NCBI GenBank assembly: GCA_029977825.1
Contig: JAPOKD010000001.1
Coordinates: forward strand, 1 to 37,578
Direction: 5' to 3'
Length of the DNA: 37,578 nt
Source of the DNA: Planctomycetota bacterium
GTDB lineage: Bacteria > Planctomycetota > Planctomycetia > Pirellulales > Pirellulaceae
The notes below the pieces were generated by a model. That model was given only the letters and a program-made list of their open reading frames with translations, did no database searches and was not told where the DNA came from. Position 1 is the stretch's first letter. Each line of letters opens with the position of its first letter. This document shows positions 27,127 to 37,578 of this stretch, piece after piece. The translations under genes and the position numbers were made by a program.

Positions 27127-30100
27127 ATGCTCAATCGGCCCCAACTCGTTACCGTGACGCTGCTGACTGGCTTGAGTCTTACGTTCCTTCCCACGTTGAT
27201 GCCATGTTCGGTTGCAGAGAGTATTGGTCAAAATAATTCACCCGACTTCTCGAAGGAAATCCGCCCAATCCTTTCGGATCACTGTTTTGCCTGCCATGGC
27301 CCAGACGAGCAGACACGAGAAGCTGACCTGCGACTTGATACCGCGGAAGGTCTGGCAAGCGTTATAATCCCAGGCGATGCATCCAAGAGCGAATTGCTAT
27401 CACGAGTCAACTCCAAGCATGCTGACCTGTTAATGCCACCGCCAGAGTTTCACAAACCTCTGGCCTCAGCACAGCGTGAACGTCTGGAACGGTGGATTGA
27501 ATCGGGAGCCAAGATTGAGCAGCATTGGTCTTTTCGAACTCCTGTGCAGCCTGAACTTCCAGCTCATGTGTCCGAGGACAGCTCTTCTGCTGCGATCGAC
27601 TACCTGATCAACCAGCGTGCCCGGACAGCTGGCTTGGAACTGAATCCAAGAGCAGAACGTCGCACATTGATCCGCCGAGTCAGCTTGGACCTCACTGGAC
27701 TGCCCCCAACCCGCGAACAGGTTGCGGCGTTTCTAGCCGATAAGTCACCAAACGCGTATGAACGAGTGGTAGATCGACTACTGGGCTCTGCAGAATTTGG
27801 CAGACATGTAGGACGTTATTGGCTAGACCTCGTCCGCTATGCCGACACACATGGCTTACATCTCGACAACTACCGCGAGATGTGGCCTTATCGCGACTGG
27901 GTAATTCAGGCGATCAATGACAACATGCCCTTCGATGAGTTCATGACTCAACAGCTTGCAGGTGACTTGATTCCCGATGCGACGCAATCACAAAAAATTG
28001 CAAGTGGTTTCAACCGGTTGAATGTCACCACCGGTGAGGGTGGCTCCATTTATGATGAGGTTTTTACACGAAATGTGATCGATCGCACCGATGCATTCGG
28101 AACCATCTTTCTTGGCCTCACCACAGGTTGTGCAGTATGTCACGACCACAAATTTGATCCTATCTCGATGGAGGATTACTACTCACTGTTTTCCTATTTC
28201 AACAGCCTGGACGGTCGGGCATTGGATGCGAATATCAAGAACCCTGCACCGTCAATTCCAGTCCCCACAGAGGAACAGCACCAACAGATCGGTGACTTCA
28301 GTGAAACGCTGGTTGACCTGCAACAGAGAATGGTCAAGCCAATTGAGAGCGTGGACGCAGCTCAGCGGGCTTGGGAAGAGGCGTTGGTCAAAGGAGTCGA
28401 ACCCAAGACTGAAAGGTTGATCCCTACCAGTGTTGATTCTGAATCCGGCACCGAGATGACCACTCGCGAGGATGGCTCGTTTGAATTCACTGGCACACCC
28501 GTGGCCAAAGAAACCATCGTGATCGTTGCGCCCTTAACGTCTGGAACGCAATGGCAAACCCTGCATCTTGAAGCCTTGGTGGATGAGACGAACAATCGTG
28601 TAGGTAGCTCAGACAATGGCAATGCCGTCTTGTCAGAAATCATTGTAGAAATCACCGATGACTTGCTCGAAGGTCAATGGCTAAAAGTGCCGATCACCTA
28701 CGGCTTCGCTGACTTCGAACAAACTGATGGTTCTTTCAGTATCCGTCAAGCTTTCGATACCAAGATTGATGACAGCACTGGCTGGGCTGTGGGTGGACAC
28801 CAGAAAACGGGTGGAAGATCAGCCTGGTTTGTAATTCCCTCGCTGATGGCCGAAGGCAATCATGCAAAAGTTCGCGTTCGTTTACACTATCAATCCAAAT
28901 TTGCAGCACATCATTTGCGACGTGTACGTCTTTCAGTAAGCGATGCCAGTCCAAGAGTTCCTGCTGACCAGCGGATCACCCTCAGTCCGGTTTCGGCGGT
29001 AGGCCCTTTCACTGTGGAAAACGCAATCGCCGCATACGGCCGCAAGTATGCGTCACAACAGGCCGAGTTCAGAGCTGACGAAGTCTTCAACCATGAGGAC
29101 CGGCCTTACCAATGGCAGGAACGCGTAGACCTGACGGAAGTACAGATTCAGAATCTTCCCACAGTTCAAGATCGCAGCACCGTGATGATACTGCACCAGC
29201 GTTTATCGGCACCCAAAGCAACAAAAATCACCTTGTTGCTTGGGACTGACGGTGGCCATGTAATCTACCTGAACGGAAAACAGATTGCCATTTCAAAGGA
29301 AAACCACAAGCTCAATCCACTCGCGATGGAATATGAGTTGGATCTCAAGCAGGGTGATAATGATCTTTATTTCAAGGTGGTGAATTACAGCCCACCTTCG
29401 CGTCTTACCTTTGCTTTCCGTTCACCTGCCATCAACACTCCGCGTCAGTTGAATCAACTACTGAATGTCGCGGAAGAAGATCGTAGCGAAGAAGATCGCG
29501 CTTCACTGATGAACTTCTACCGAAAATTACATTGCTTGCACCCTGACTGGCTCGCATTGGTGGATCAGGAAAAGGGAGTTCGCAAAGCTTTGAAGAAACT
29601 GAATGACAGCGTATCAACGACGCTAGTCTGGAAAGAACTGGCGAAACCCCGACAGTCCCATGTGCTGGTTCGCGGGCAGTATGATCAGCCAGGCAAACCG
29701 GTACCCCGAGCGACACCAGCTTTCCTGCCAGCCATGCCCGCTAACGCTCCAGCCAATCGTTTGGGGCTAGCCCAATGGCTGGCATTGGAAAACCATCCTT
29801 TGACCGCGCGGGTCGCGGTCAATCGCTATTGGCAACAGATTTTCGGTGTTGGTCTGGTCAAGACCAGTGAAGATTTTGGCAGTCAGGGTGAGCCACCAAG
29901 CCACCCGGAGTTGCTTGATTTTCTTGCTGTCGACTTTCAACGCCATGACTGGGATGTCAAACGATTTTTCAAGACGTTGGTAATGACAGATGCATACACG
30001 AGATCGTCTCATGTAAGCTCATCAGCACAAAAAACTGATCCTGAAAATCGCTTGCTTGCCCGAGGTTCACGTCATCGTCTGGATGCCGAGGTTCTACGAG

Positions 30101-30696
30101 ATCAGGCTTTATTCGTCGCTGGGCTACTGACTGATCACCCCGGTGGCCCCAGTGTTAAACCTCCACAACCGGACGGATTATGGAAAGCTGTGGGCTACTC
30201 AGGCAGCAACACGGTCAGCTTCAAACCTGACAACGGTGACGAAGTTTATCGGCGAAGCGTTTTTACATTCTGGAAACGGACAAGTCCCCCACCGCAAATG
30301 TCAACCTTTGACGCACCAAGCCGGGAATCATGCACTGCACGCCGTGAACGAACTAACACACCGTTGCAGGCGTTGCTATTGATGAATGAAACCCAATATG
30401 TGGAATCCGCCCAAAAACTCGCGATGCGAGTATTGAACACAGCTGAGCTTCAAAGGCTACCTGAAACGGAGCGGTTGGCTGCCCGAATTAGCTGGCTCTA
30501 CGAGACAGTCCTGTCACGCCCACCATCGACAACAGAAAAGTCTGAGGTCCAGAGCCTGCTGAGTGATCTGACCGCCTATTACTCAGACCAACCGGCCCTG
30601 ACTGCAAAGGTATCAAAAAATGCCGATCCTACCGAGGCTGCATGGACGATTTTGGCCAGTACCGTGCTGAATCTGGATGAAGCAGTTTCCAAGTAA
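27127..30696 (+). CDS. PSD1 and planctomycete cytochrome c domain protein (PSCyt1 + DUF1549 + DUF1553)
   Basis: Signal peptide; IRPILSDHCFACHGPD; WLDLVRYADTHG; CAVCHDHKFDP; HPLTARVAVNRYWQQIFGVGLV; RRERTNTPLQALLLMN. Confidence 0.94.
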   Translation: MLNRPQLVTVTLLTGLSLTFLPTLMPCSVAESIGQNNSPDFSKEIRPILSDHCFACHGPDEQTREADLRLDTAEGLASVIIPGDASKSELLSRVNSKHADLLMPPPEFHKPLASAQRERLERWIESGAKIEQHWSFRTPVQPELPAHVSEDSSSAAIDYLINQRARTAGLELNPRAERRTLIRRVSLDLTGLPPTREQVAAFLADKSPNAYERVVDRLLGSAEFGRHVGRYWLDLVRYADTHGLHLDNYREMWPYRDWVIQAINDNMPFDEFMTQQLAGDLIPDATQSQKIASGFNRLNVTTGEGGSIYDEVFTRNVIDRTDAFGTIFLGLTTGCAVCHDHKFDPISMEDYYSLFSYFNSLDGRALDANIKNPAPSIPVPTEEQHQQIGDFSETLVDLQQRMVKPIESVDAAQRAWEEALVKGVEPKTERLIPTSVDSESGTEMTTREDGSFEFTGTPVAKETIVIVAPLTSGTQWQTLHLEALVDETNNRVGSSDNGNAVLSEIIVEITDDLLEGQWLKVPITYGFADFEQTDGSFSIRQAFDTKIDDSTGWAVGGHQKTGGRSAWFVIPSLMAEGNHAKVRVRLHYQSKFAAHHLRRVRLSVSDASPRVPADQRITLSPVSAVGPFTVENAIAAYGRKYASQQAEFRADEVFNHEDRPYQWQERVDLTEVQIQNLPTVQDRSTVMILHQRLSAPKATKITLLLGTDGGHVIYLNGKQIAISKENHKLNPLAMEYELDLKQGDNDLYFKVVNYSPPSRLTFAFRSPAINTPRQLNQLLNVAEEDRSEEDRASLMNFYRKLHCLHPDWLALVDQEKGVRKALKKLNDSVSTTLVWKELAKPRQSHVLVRGQYDQPGKPVPRATPAFLPAMPANAPANRLGLAQWLALENHPLTARVAVNRYWQQIFGVGLVKTSEDFGSQGEPPSHPELLDFLAVDFQRHDWDVKRFFKTLVMTDAYTRSSHVSSSAQKTDPENRLLARGSRHRLDAEVLRDQALFVAGLLTDHPGGPSVKPPQPDGLWKAVGYSGSNTVSFKPDNGDEVYRRSVFTFWKRTSPPPQMSTFDAPSRESCTARRERTNTPLQALLLMNETQYVESAQKLAMRVLNTAELQRLPETERLAARISWLYETVLSRPPSTTEKSEVQSLLSDLTAYYSDQPALTAKVSKNADPTEAAWTILASTVLNLDEAVSK

Positions 30697-30748
30697 ATGA
30701 CACCCGCTACGCACCAAAGTTGACCATTGTTCTTTGAAGTTTCCTCCC

Positions 30749-32206
30749 ATGCATGAAGATCCACGAATCGCCGCTCTCACCCGCCGAGCATTTTTCTCAC
30801 GCACCTCGTGTGGAATTGGTGCAGCAGCGTTGGCATCGCTGGGAACGGAGGAATCAGGTGCCGCCAGTCGCAAAACGCCGACCGGTGGTTTGGCTGGTTT
30901 ACCTCATCACCAACCACAAGCTCGTCGTGCAATTTATCTGTTCATGTCCGGGGCACCAAGCCAAATGGACATGTGGGATCATAAACCCAAAATGGCAGAT
31001 TGGTACGACAAGGATCTCCCCGATTCGATTCGTCAGGGTCAGCGTTTGACAACCATGACCAGTGGGCAGGCAAGATTCCCAATCGCGCCAAGCATTTACA
31101 AGTTTGCTCCCCATGGTTCCAGCGGCACCATGGTGAGTGAACTTTTACCGCACATGGCAAAGAAAACAGACCAGATTGCATTGGTCCGCTCGATGTACAC
31201 CGAAGCGATTAATCACGACCCCGCGATCACCTACATCTGCACGGGAGACCAATTACCAGGGAAAGCCAGTCTCGGCTCATGGCTCAGTTATGGGCTCGGA
31301 ACTGAAAACGAAAATCTGCCAGCCTTCATGGTCATGACCCCGACATGGAGCGGTCGTAAGCAGGCGCAGGCGTTGTACAACCGATTATGGGGAAGCGGTT
31401 TCCTACCCAGCAAGTATCAAGGTGTTGCCCTTCGAAGCAAAGGTGATCAAGTGCTTTACCTTTCAAATCCCGAGGGGGTCGACCCAACCGTACGTCGCCG
31501 AATGCTGGATTCGCTCGCCCGTCTGAACCAGGGAACAGCAGAACTGCTGGGTGACCCGGAAACCCACGCCCGCATCGCACAATATGAAATGGCATTCAGA
31601 ATGCAAACCAGTGTTCCTGAGTTGTCTGATATCAGCGATGAACCTCAGCATGTGCTGGACTTGTACGGACCACAAGTTTCCACTCCAGGAACTTTCGCCA
31701 ATACGTGCCTGATGGCGAGACGCATGGCCGAACGAGGAGTTCGGTTCACGCAGATCTTTCACCGTGGCTGGGACCAACATGGAGGCATTCCCAAGGACTT
31801 ACCGAATCAATGCCGCGATGTTGATCAGCCATCAGCAGGTCTGCTTACCGACCTCCGCCAACGCGGGATGCTGGATGACACACTTGTGGTCTGGGGCGGA
31901 GAATTTGGACGCACAATCTACTGCCAGGGGCCGTTGAGCAAAACCAGTTACGGCCGCGATCATCACCCGAAATGTTTTTCTATCTGGATGGCAGGTGGCG
32001 GTGTACAGGGTGGTGTCGTACATGGGGAAACTGACGAATTCAGTTACAATATTGTGAAAGATCCGGTACATGTCCGCGACCTGAATGCAACCATCCTGCA
32101 TTTGATGGGGATTGACCATGACCGTTTCCGCTATCCCTTCAAAGGGCTCGACCAACGCCTCACCGGTGTTGAAGAATGTCGGGTTGTGAAAGAAATTCTT
32201 TCCTGA
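30749..32206 (+). CDS. DUF1501 domain protein, Tat-exported
   Basis: TRRAFF twin-arginine motif, [40 protein letters not shown]. Start ATG 30749 (or TTG 30734). Confidence 0.93.
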   Translation: MHEDPRIAALTRRAFFSRTSCGIGAAALASLGTEESGAASRKTPTGGLAGLPHHQPQARRAIYLFMSGAPSQMDMWDHKPKMADWYDKDLPDSIRQGQRLTTMTSGQARFPIAPSIYKFAPHGSSGTMVSELLPHMAKKTDQIALVRSMYTEAINHDPAITYICTGDQLPGKASLGSWLSYGLGTENENLPAFMVMTPTWSGRKQAQALYNRLWGSGFLPSKYQGVALRSKGDQVLYLSNPEGVDPTVRRRMLDSLARLNQGTAELLGDPETHARIAQYEMAFRMQTSVPELSDISDEPQHVLDLYGPQVSTPGTFANTCLMARRMAERGVRFTQIFHRGWDQHGGIPKDLPNQCRDVDQPSAGLLTDLRQRGMLDDTLVVWGGEFGRTIYCQGPLSKTSYGRDHHPKCFSIWMAGGGVQGGVVHGETDEFSYNIVKDPVHVRDLNATILHLMGIDHDRFRYPFKGLDQRLTGVEECRVVKEILS

Positions 32207-32264
32207 CACGTCGGCAATCGCGAAGCCCAGTGTCTTACCTGTCAGTTCATCACTAAGAAAAACA

Positions 32265-33755
32265 ATGAATCCCTTTATGCTCAGGCGGTGCCTGCAACTG
32301 ACAGTTCTACTGACACTGTTCAGTGTTCCAGCCCAGCTGTTGGCACAAGGTAAGAAGCCAGAAGACCTGGACCGCCCCAATGTGCTGTTCATCTTCCTGG
32401 ACGACTACGGATGGCGGGATTGTGGATTTATGGGTTCCGACTATTACGAGACGCCAAATCTGGATGCCTTGGCAAAGTCAGGAATGATCTTCACGAATGC
32501 CTATTCTGCATCAGCCAATTGCGCACCAGCACGAGCCTGTTTGCTATCTGGTCAATACACACCTCGCCATGAAATTTACAACGTAGGCACGTCACGTCGA
32601 GGCAAACCGAATTTTGGCAAATGGATGCATGTTCCCGGAACGGATACGTTGCCGAAGGGAATACGTACGTGGGCCCATCAGATACAGGCAGCCGGCTACC
32701 GCACCGGGACAATTGGAAAGTGGCATCTGAGTGATGACCCGCTTCCCTACGGTTTCGATTTCAACTTTGCAGGTACGCACAGCGGAAGCCCACCACAGGG
32801 TTACTACCCACCCCATCCCAAAGCACCTGGACTGAAGAACGCTCCCTCTGACGAGTACCTTACGGATCGTTTGACAGATGAAGCGATCGGCTTCATTGAT
32901 CGCAACCACAAGCGACCGTGGTTCCTGTACCTGACACACTTTGCCGTGCACACGCCGTTGCAAGGCAAGCCTGATCTGGTGGCAAAGTACAATGCGAAAC
33001 CCAAGGGAGAGCTTCATTCCCACGCTGTCATGGCTGCAATGATTGAGAGTGTGGATACTGGTGTGGGACGCATCATGGACAAGCTTGAAGAGACCGGATT
33101 GAAAGAGAACACGGTCATCTTTTTCTCATCTGACAACGGAGGATACGGTCCCGCAACATCCATGACTCCACTCAAAGGCTACAAGGGCACCTATTACGAA
33201 GGTGGCATCAGAGAGCCGATGTTCGTGACATGGCCCGGAGTGATTGCTGCTGGCAGCCGGTCCGATGAGCCCGTTATCAATGTTGATTTCTATCCAACTT
33301 TTTGTGAGATCACCAAGGCTGAGCTACCTGAGGATCAAACGCGTGACGGAGTGAGTCTGCTGCCAATTTTGCTGCAAAACAAAACCGCCCTGGAGGACCG
33401 CGCCTTATTCTGGCATTTCCCGGCTTATCTGCAGAGTTATCAGCGGATCGATGGGCAACGGGATCTACTGTATCGAAGTCGTCCCTGTAGCATCATTCGA
33501 CATGGTCGCTGGAAACTTCATCAGTATTTCGAGGATGGAGCGATTGAGCTTTATGACCTCAAAAATGACATCGGTGAATCACAGGATCTGTCCAACAGGA
33601 ATCCGGAAAAGGCCAAGGAACTGCTTTCGGAATTACGCACGTGGCAACGCGAGACCAACGCACCGCTTCCCACACAGCGCAACCCGCGTTACGATCCCGC
33701 TGCCGAGTCCGAAGCATTACAGAAACTGCAACGTCAGCAACGCAGGAAAAAATGA
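32265..33755 (+). CDS. Cys-type sulfatase (arylsulfatase-like), secreted
   Basis: RPNVLFIFLDD, CAPAR..LLSG, GKWHL, FAVHTP, SSDNGG, KGTYYEGGIREP; N-terminal signal peptide. Confidence 0.94.
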   Translation: MNPFMLRRCLQLTVLLTLFSVPAQLLAQGKKPEDLDRPNVLFIFLDDYGWRDCGFMGSDYYETPNLDALAKSGMIFTNAYSASANCAPARACLLSGQYTPRHEIYNVGTSRRGKPNFGKWMHVPGTDTLPKGIRTWAHQIQAAGYRTGTIGKWHLSDDPLPYGFDFNFAGTHSGSPPQGYYPPHPKAPGLKNAPSDEYLTDRLTDEAIGFIDRNHKRPWFLYLTHFAVHTPLQGKPDLVAKYNAKPKGELHSHAVMAAMIESVDTGVGRIMDKLEETGLKENTVIFFSSDNGGYGPATSMTPLKGYKGTYYEGGIREPMFVTWPGVIAAGSRSDEPVINVDFYPTFCEITKAELPEDQTRDGVSLLPILLQNKTALEDRALFWHFPAYLQSYQRIDGQRDLLYRSRPCSIIRHGRWKLHQYFEDGAIELYDLKNDIGESQDLSNRNPEKAKELLSELRTWQRETNAPLPTQRNPRYDPAAESEALQKLQRQQRRKK

Positions 33756-33841
33756 CTACGAACCGCACCGCTTCATTGTGTGGTCGAGAGTTCGCTGTTT
33801 GAAACCACTCGTATTTCAAGAACCTCGATTACCCACCGCCG

Positions 33842-35065
33842 CTAGCTTTCAAGCACCTGAGCAACTGCTGAACAGAGTTGCTCCATGCTGTTTTCATTCA
33901 TCCCAGCGACGTTGATACGACCACTCCCAACGATGTAGATGCTGTGTTCATTCTTGAGTTGGTCAACTTGCATCTTATTCAGGCCGCTGTAGGAAAACAT
34001 TCCATTCTGTGGCAACAGAAATGAAAAATCGTGTCCCGAACCACTGGTCTTCATGGTTTCGACAAACTGGTTTCGCAACTGCTGAATTCGATCACGCATC
34101 GCGGCAAGCTCTGCGTGCCAACTTGCCGTCAGAACTTCATCACTGAGAATGGTAGAAACGATTGCAGCCCCATGACGAGGTGGGTTGCTGTAGTTGCAGC
34201 GAACTACTTTCTTTAACTGACTCATCGACGCCTTTGCTGCAGAATCATCTGCAGCGATGAGGGTCAATCCACCAACGCGTTCGCTGTACAAACCAAAATT
34301 TTTCGAGAATGAATTGCACACGATTGCTTCTTCATTTTCTTTCAGGATCGCATGAATACTGGCGGTATCTTCCTGCAACCCTTTTCCAAACCCCTGATAC
34401 GCAAAGTCAATCACAGGCAACAGGTTTCTGGAGGCTAGCACTTTGGCGATTTCGGTCCACTGCTCAGGAGTGGGATCGATGCCGGTTGGATTGTGACAGC
34501 AAGCGTGCAACAGAACTGCTTCGCCAGGTTTCGCCTTGGATTGCAAATCATCGATCATTCCTTCGATATCAAACGAAGTTCGATCAGCTGACAGATACCG
34601 ATAGGATTCCATGGGCACGCCTTCCGAGGCGAATACCGGGAGGTGATTAGCCCACGTCGGGCTGGGAGTCCACAAGCGAATGGGAGCCAGTTGACTTGCG
34701 AGAAAACCGGCGGCAATTCGCAACCCCCCCGTCCCGCCGGGTGTCTGCAAGGTGGCTAAGCGAGATCGATCAATCGTGTCACCAAAAATCAGATCCCCAA
34801 CTTGCGAACAATACTCAGGTACGCCACTGATGGGTAAATAACCCTTCGTAACCTCGCCCTGAACCAATTGCCGCTCTGCTTCTTTAACACACTCAAGAAT
34901 AGGAGTCTTTCCGGTAGCGTCCTTGTAAACACCAACGCTGAGGTTCATTTTGTTAGGACTGGGGTCAGCAACAAACGCCTCAGTCAGACCCAAAATTGCA
35001 TCGGGTGGAGCCGTAGTGATCGAGCCAAAACGGGAGATTTTTGGTGACTTTGCAGATTCGGTCAT
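33842..35065 (-). CDS. aspC: Aspartate/aromatic amino acid aminotransferase (AspC/TyrB type)
   Basis: PPDAILGL, NLSVGVYKD, QTPGGTGGL, HACCHNPTG, DFAYQGFG, SFSKNFGLYSERVG (PLP Lys), GRINVAG. Start moved to ATG 35065 (MTESAK). Confidence 0.93.
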   Translation of the reverse strand: MTESAKSPKISRFGSITTAPPDAILGLTEAFVADPSPNKMNLSVGVYKDATGKTPILECVKEAERQLVQGEVTKGYLPISGVPEYCSQVGDLIFGDTIDRSRLATLQTPGGTGGLRIAAGFLASQLAPIRLWTPSPTWANHLPVFASEGVPMESYRYLSADRTSFDIEGMIDDLQSKAKPGEAVLLHACCHNPTGIDPTPEQWTEIAKVLASRNLLPVIDFAYQGFGKGLQEDTASIHAILKENEEAIVCNSFSKNFGLYSERVGGLTLIAADDSAAKASMSQLKKVVRCNYSNPPRHGAAIVSTILSDEVLTASWHAELAAMRDRIQQLRNQFVETMKTSGSGHDFSFLLPQNGMFSYSGLNKMQVDQLKNEHSIYIVGSGRINVAGMNENSMEQLCSAVAQVLES

Positions 35066-35385
35066 GACAATCAGCAGTAAAAAATGACAGGAAGGCCATC
35101 CAGGCAACAGTAACGAGCCTGAAATCGTAATCAACAAATGCCAAATCGACCATTGACCATCAAAAATGACCTGAACACACTGGCCCGCTTTCCTCAGGCT
35201 GAAGATCCTTGGAAGCTTCTGGAGACGTTGAACAGGATGCGGGACACTCCTCACTGGGGTCGAATTTGTCTTGAGCATCCTCTTACTCTGGTGCAATCCC
35301 GCCCACCCATTGAGAACTCAAGCTCTGAAAATCCAATGTCTGAAAACTGTGTCGAAGACTGAAAAATGCGGGAGCCGATGCCAGC

Positions 35386-36873
35386 ATGAGTAAAACAGAC
35401 TGGATTGTCGTGGGCGGCGGGTCGGCAGGTTGTGTTGTCGCAGCTCGTCTTGCTGATCCAAACGGGTCGCGGTGTGGCAACGTCACCATCCTTGAACCAC
35501 CCACAAACGCCGCGCGACGAGTCGATCGCGAACGACCTGCCAAGTGGTTGAATCTGCTGGGTTCGAGTGAGGACTGGAAGCTGACAACGTCAGAAAATCC
35601 TCAGCTCGCCAATCGAGCCCTTCGTTGGCCGCGAGGCAGAGGTCTGGGTGGCAGCAGCCGCATCAATGCGATGATCTGGTTTCCTCCGACTTGCAAAGAC
35701 TTGCAGATGTTGGTCAACGCAAGTGGTGGTGCATGGAATTTGGCGGAGCTGCAGCAGGATTTAAATGACTTGACTGAACTGACTCGTCCTGAACAACCCG
35801 CATGGCAAAGCGAAGCAAGCCAACGCTTTCTCGATGCAGCAAAGCAGTTTGGTGCCGGCGCCGCTTGGACCTACATGCGGCTGAACCGATCAGGTCGTCG
35901 CTGGAACCCCGCCAGACTGTTCAATGAAACCCAAGCTGGCGGCTGCATTGAAGTCCAACGCACAACAGTAAACCGCCTGATCTGCAAAGGCGATCGCATC
36001 ATTGGTGTAGAAACATACGATGACCAAGGAAAGAACGAGATTTTCGCCAACAAAGGTGTCGTCATCTGTGCCGGGGCAATCGCTACCCCGGCCATTCTGA
36101 TGCGAAGCGGGATCGGGCCCCGTGACCAACTTGAGAAAGCAGGGATTGAAGTATGCCTTGAATCAGAGCAAGTCGGTCAAGGCCTGCAGGATCACCTGAT
36201 CATGCCAATGATCTTTCAAGTCAGGTCGGGACGATTTCCCCCCCATCCTTCCGTTCAGGATATCGCGAGATGGCAAACGATGGGCACTGGTCCACTTGCT
36301 TCCAATCTGGCAGAGTGCGGAGGCTTATTCATGCAGGACTCTGTCCAAATCCACGTGACTCCTACGCATTACCTCAGCTACCCAAAACAGGCAGACCAGG
36401 CCTACATGACCCTTGGTGTAAATGCGACCCAGCCACAGTCCATGGGGATGTTGCAACTACAGTCCTCTAATCCACAGGTACCGCTGAGCATTCATCCGCA
36501 CTACCTACAGAACACCAACGACCGCGACGTAACCATCACCGGAATGCGTCTGGTTCGTCGACTTGTTGCAGAAACAGATTTGTCGCGATGGATCGTGACG
36601 GAAGCACTGCCTGGTAACAAACGGAAAACCGACCAGGATTTGGGAAGAGCGATCTCCCGCTACTCACGAACTCTCTACCACCCGGCTGGCACCTCACGTT
36701 TTGGGGCCACGAATTCATCAGTGGTCACTCCCGAATTTCGACTTAAAGGATTCAGGCAAGCATGGGTAGTCGATGGCAGCATTTTGCCGAGGCTACCTCA
36801 CGGAAATCCCAATGCAACCATTATGCTGCTAGCTTTCAAAGCAGCGAATAGATTGCGGAAGCTTTTCAGCTGA
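35386..36873 (+). CDS. GMC family oxidoreductase (choline dehydrogenase-like)
   Basis: DWIVVGGGSAGCVVAARL, PRGRGLGGSSRINAM, LMRSGIGP, VGQGLQDH, YHPAGT, VVDGSI..GNPNAT. Confidence 0.92.
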   Translation: MSKTDWIVVGGGSAGCVVAARLADPNGSRCGNVTILEPPTNAARRVDRERPAKWLNLLGSSEDWKLTTSENPQLANRALRWPRGRGLGGSSRINAMIWFPPTCKDLQMLVNASGGAWNLAELQQDLNDLTELTRPEQPAWQSEASQRFLDAAKQFGAGAAWTYMRLNRSGRRWNPARLFNETQAGGCIEVQRTTVNRLICKGDRIIGVETYDDQGKNEIFANKGVVICAGAIATPAILMRSGIGPRDQLEKAGIEVCLESEQVGQGLQDHLIMPMIFQVRSGRFPPHPSVQDIARWQTMGTGPLASNLAECGGLFMQDSVQIHVTPTHYLSYPKQADQAYMTLGVNATQPQSMGMLQLQSSNPQVPLSIHPHYLQNTNDRDVTITGMRLVRRLVAETDLSRWIVTEALPGNKRKTDQDLGRAISRYSRTLYHPAGTSRFGATNSSVVTPEFRLKGFRQAWVVDGSILPRLPHGNPNATIMLLAFKAANRLRKLFS

Positions 36874-37009
36874 ACCCATCTTGAAGAATTGACGCCAAAA
36901 CTCTCGTCCTGGTTTTACCCGTCCTGGTTTTGCTTGACCCATCACCACCAGCTTGGTAGGTTCAATCGGTCATGCCCGAGGTCAACGACTCATCTTACTC
37001 GGCCGTATC

Positions 37010-37578
37010 ATGCGTTTTGCGGTGCTATTAACGGTATTTTTTCTGCAGGAATCGGCTTTCTATACGATTCCAGCCGCTGAACCTGCAAAACAACCGGCAC
37101 CAGATTGGCAAGCAGCATTCACTGTTTTATCTGCTGACAATCAAGCCAACAAACTCGTCTTGATGCTAGTAACCAATGATGACGCGTTCCACGATTCAAC
37201 GATGGCTAAAACGGATCGCAAAGTAGCTGCAGCACAGCCGGCAGACCAAGCTACCTACGGTTGGTGCGCACTTGATTTTCATCAATCTTGCCAAAGGATG
37301 CTGAAACTGCGTCCGGATCTGGAAGACAAGATCTCCCTTCAGTCCATCATTGCCGGCACACCATCAGAGCTGTCAGGTGGGAAAGCCAGCGATTCACCGA
37401 AGCGTGTTGTACTTTTTGTCTGTGACAATACTTACCACCTGCTTGCTCTTTCGATCGGTATCCCCAATGCGGATGAACTGCTGACGATCATTGAAGACGC
37501 TCAAGAAGTCAAAACACTGGGTGAGCTTAATGACATTGCTCCGGATCAGACAACCAACGCTCTTATCGAGCGCAATAA
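37010..37578 (+). CDS. Hypothetical exported protein, 3' end outside window
   Basis: Hand translation from ATG 37010 (MRFAVLLTVFFLQESAFYTIPAAEPAKQPAPDWQAAF...) stays open for 189 codons to the window end. Missing from the ORF track because it has no stop codon in the window. Confidence 0.7.
   Translation, partial: MRFAVLLTVFFLQESAFYTIPAAEPAKQPAPDWQAAFTVLSADNQANKLVLMLVTNDDAFHDSTMAKTDRKVAAAQPADQATYGWCALDFHQSCQRMLKLRPDLEDKISLQSIIAGTPSELSGGKASDSPKRVVLFVCDNTYHLLALSIGIPNADELLTIIEDAQEVKTLGELNDIAPDQTTNALIERN

Noticed and set aside
35066-35296. 77-aa N-terminal extension of aspC in the ORF track
   Set aside because: Family similarity begins just after MTESAK (ATG 35065); the extension falls in the divergent promoter region.
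1-37578. tRNA, rRNA, IS, integrase, prophage or defence genes
   Set aside because: No cloverleaf, terminal inverted repeats, recombinase or nuclease motifs, or obvious compositional island were seen by eye.

Overview
A gene-dense chromosomal window, most likely from a planctomycete of the Pirellulaceae/Rhodopirellula type. The evidence is a PSD1 planctomycete cytochrome c gene next to a DUF1501 gene, several Cys-type sulfatases and a DUF6677-like protein. About 27 CDSs tile the window. Housekeeping genes are tyrS, ispD, ftsK, osmC, a PfkB kinase, rpsD, lpdA, trkA, a fused 5-oxoprolinase, aspC and a GMC oxidoreductase. There is also a sulfatase-PhoD-M90 peptidase operon, a MoxR-DUF58 pair, and a PSD1 cytochrome-DUF1501-sulfatase module. 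I found no rRNA, tRNA, CRISPR array, transposase, prophage or recognisable defence system. The least explained part is 17.3-21.2 kb: five uncharacterised genes, four of them envelope-type. They encode a sulfatase-fold protein missing its catalytic motif, a secreted 19-Cys repeat protein with a putative promoter and long leader, a lipoprotein, a DUF6677-like protein and a 68-aa membrane protein. Other oddities are a 74-aa very acidic tail on FtsK, trkA overlapping an oxoprolinase gene that carries a ~100-aa insertion, and an M90 peptidase fused to a SEC-C motif. All family assignments come from motif recognition by eye; no database searches were run.
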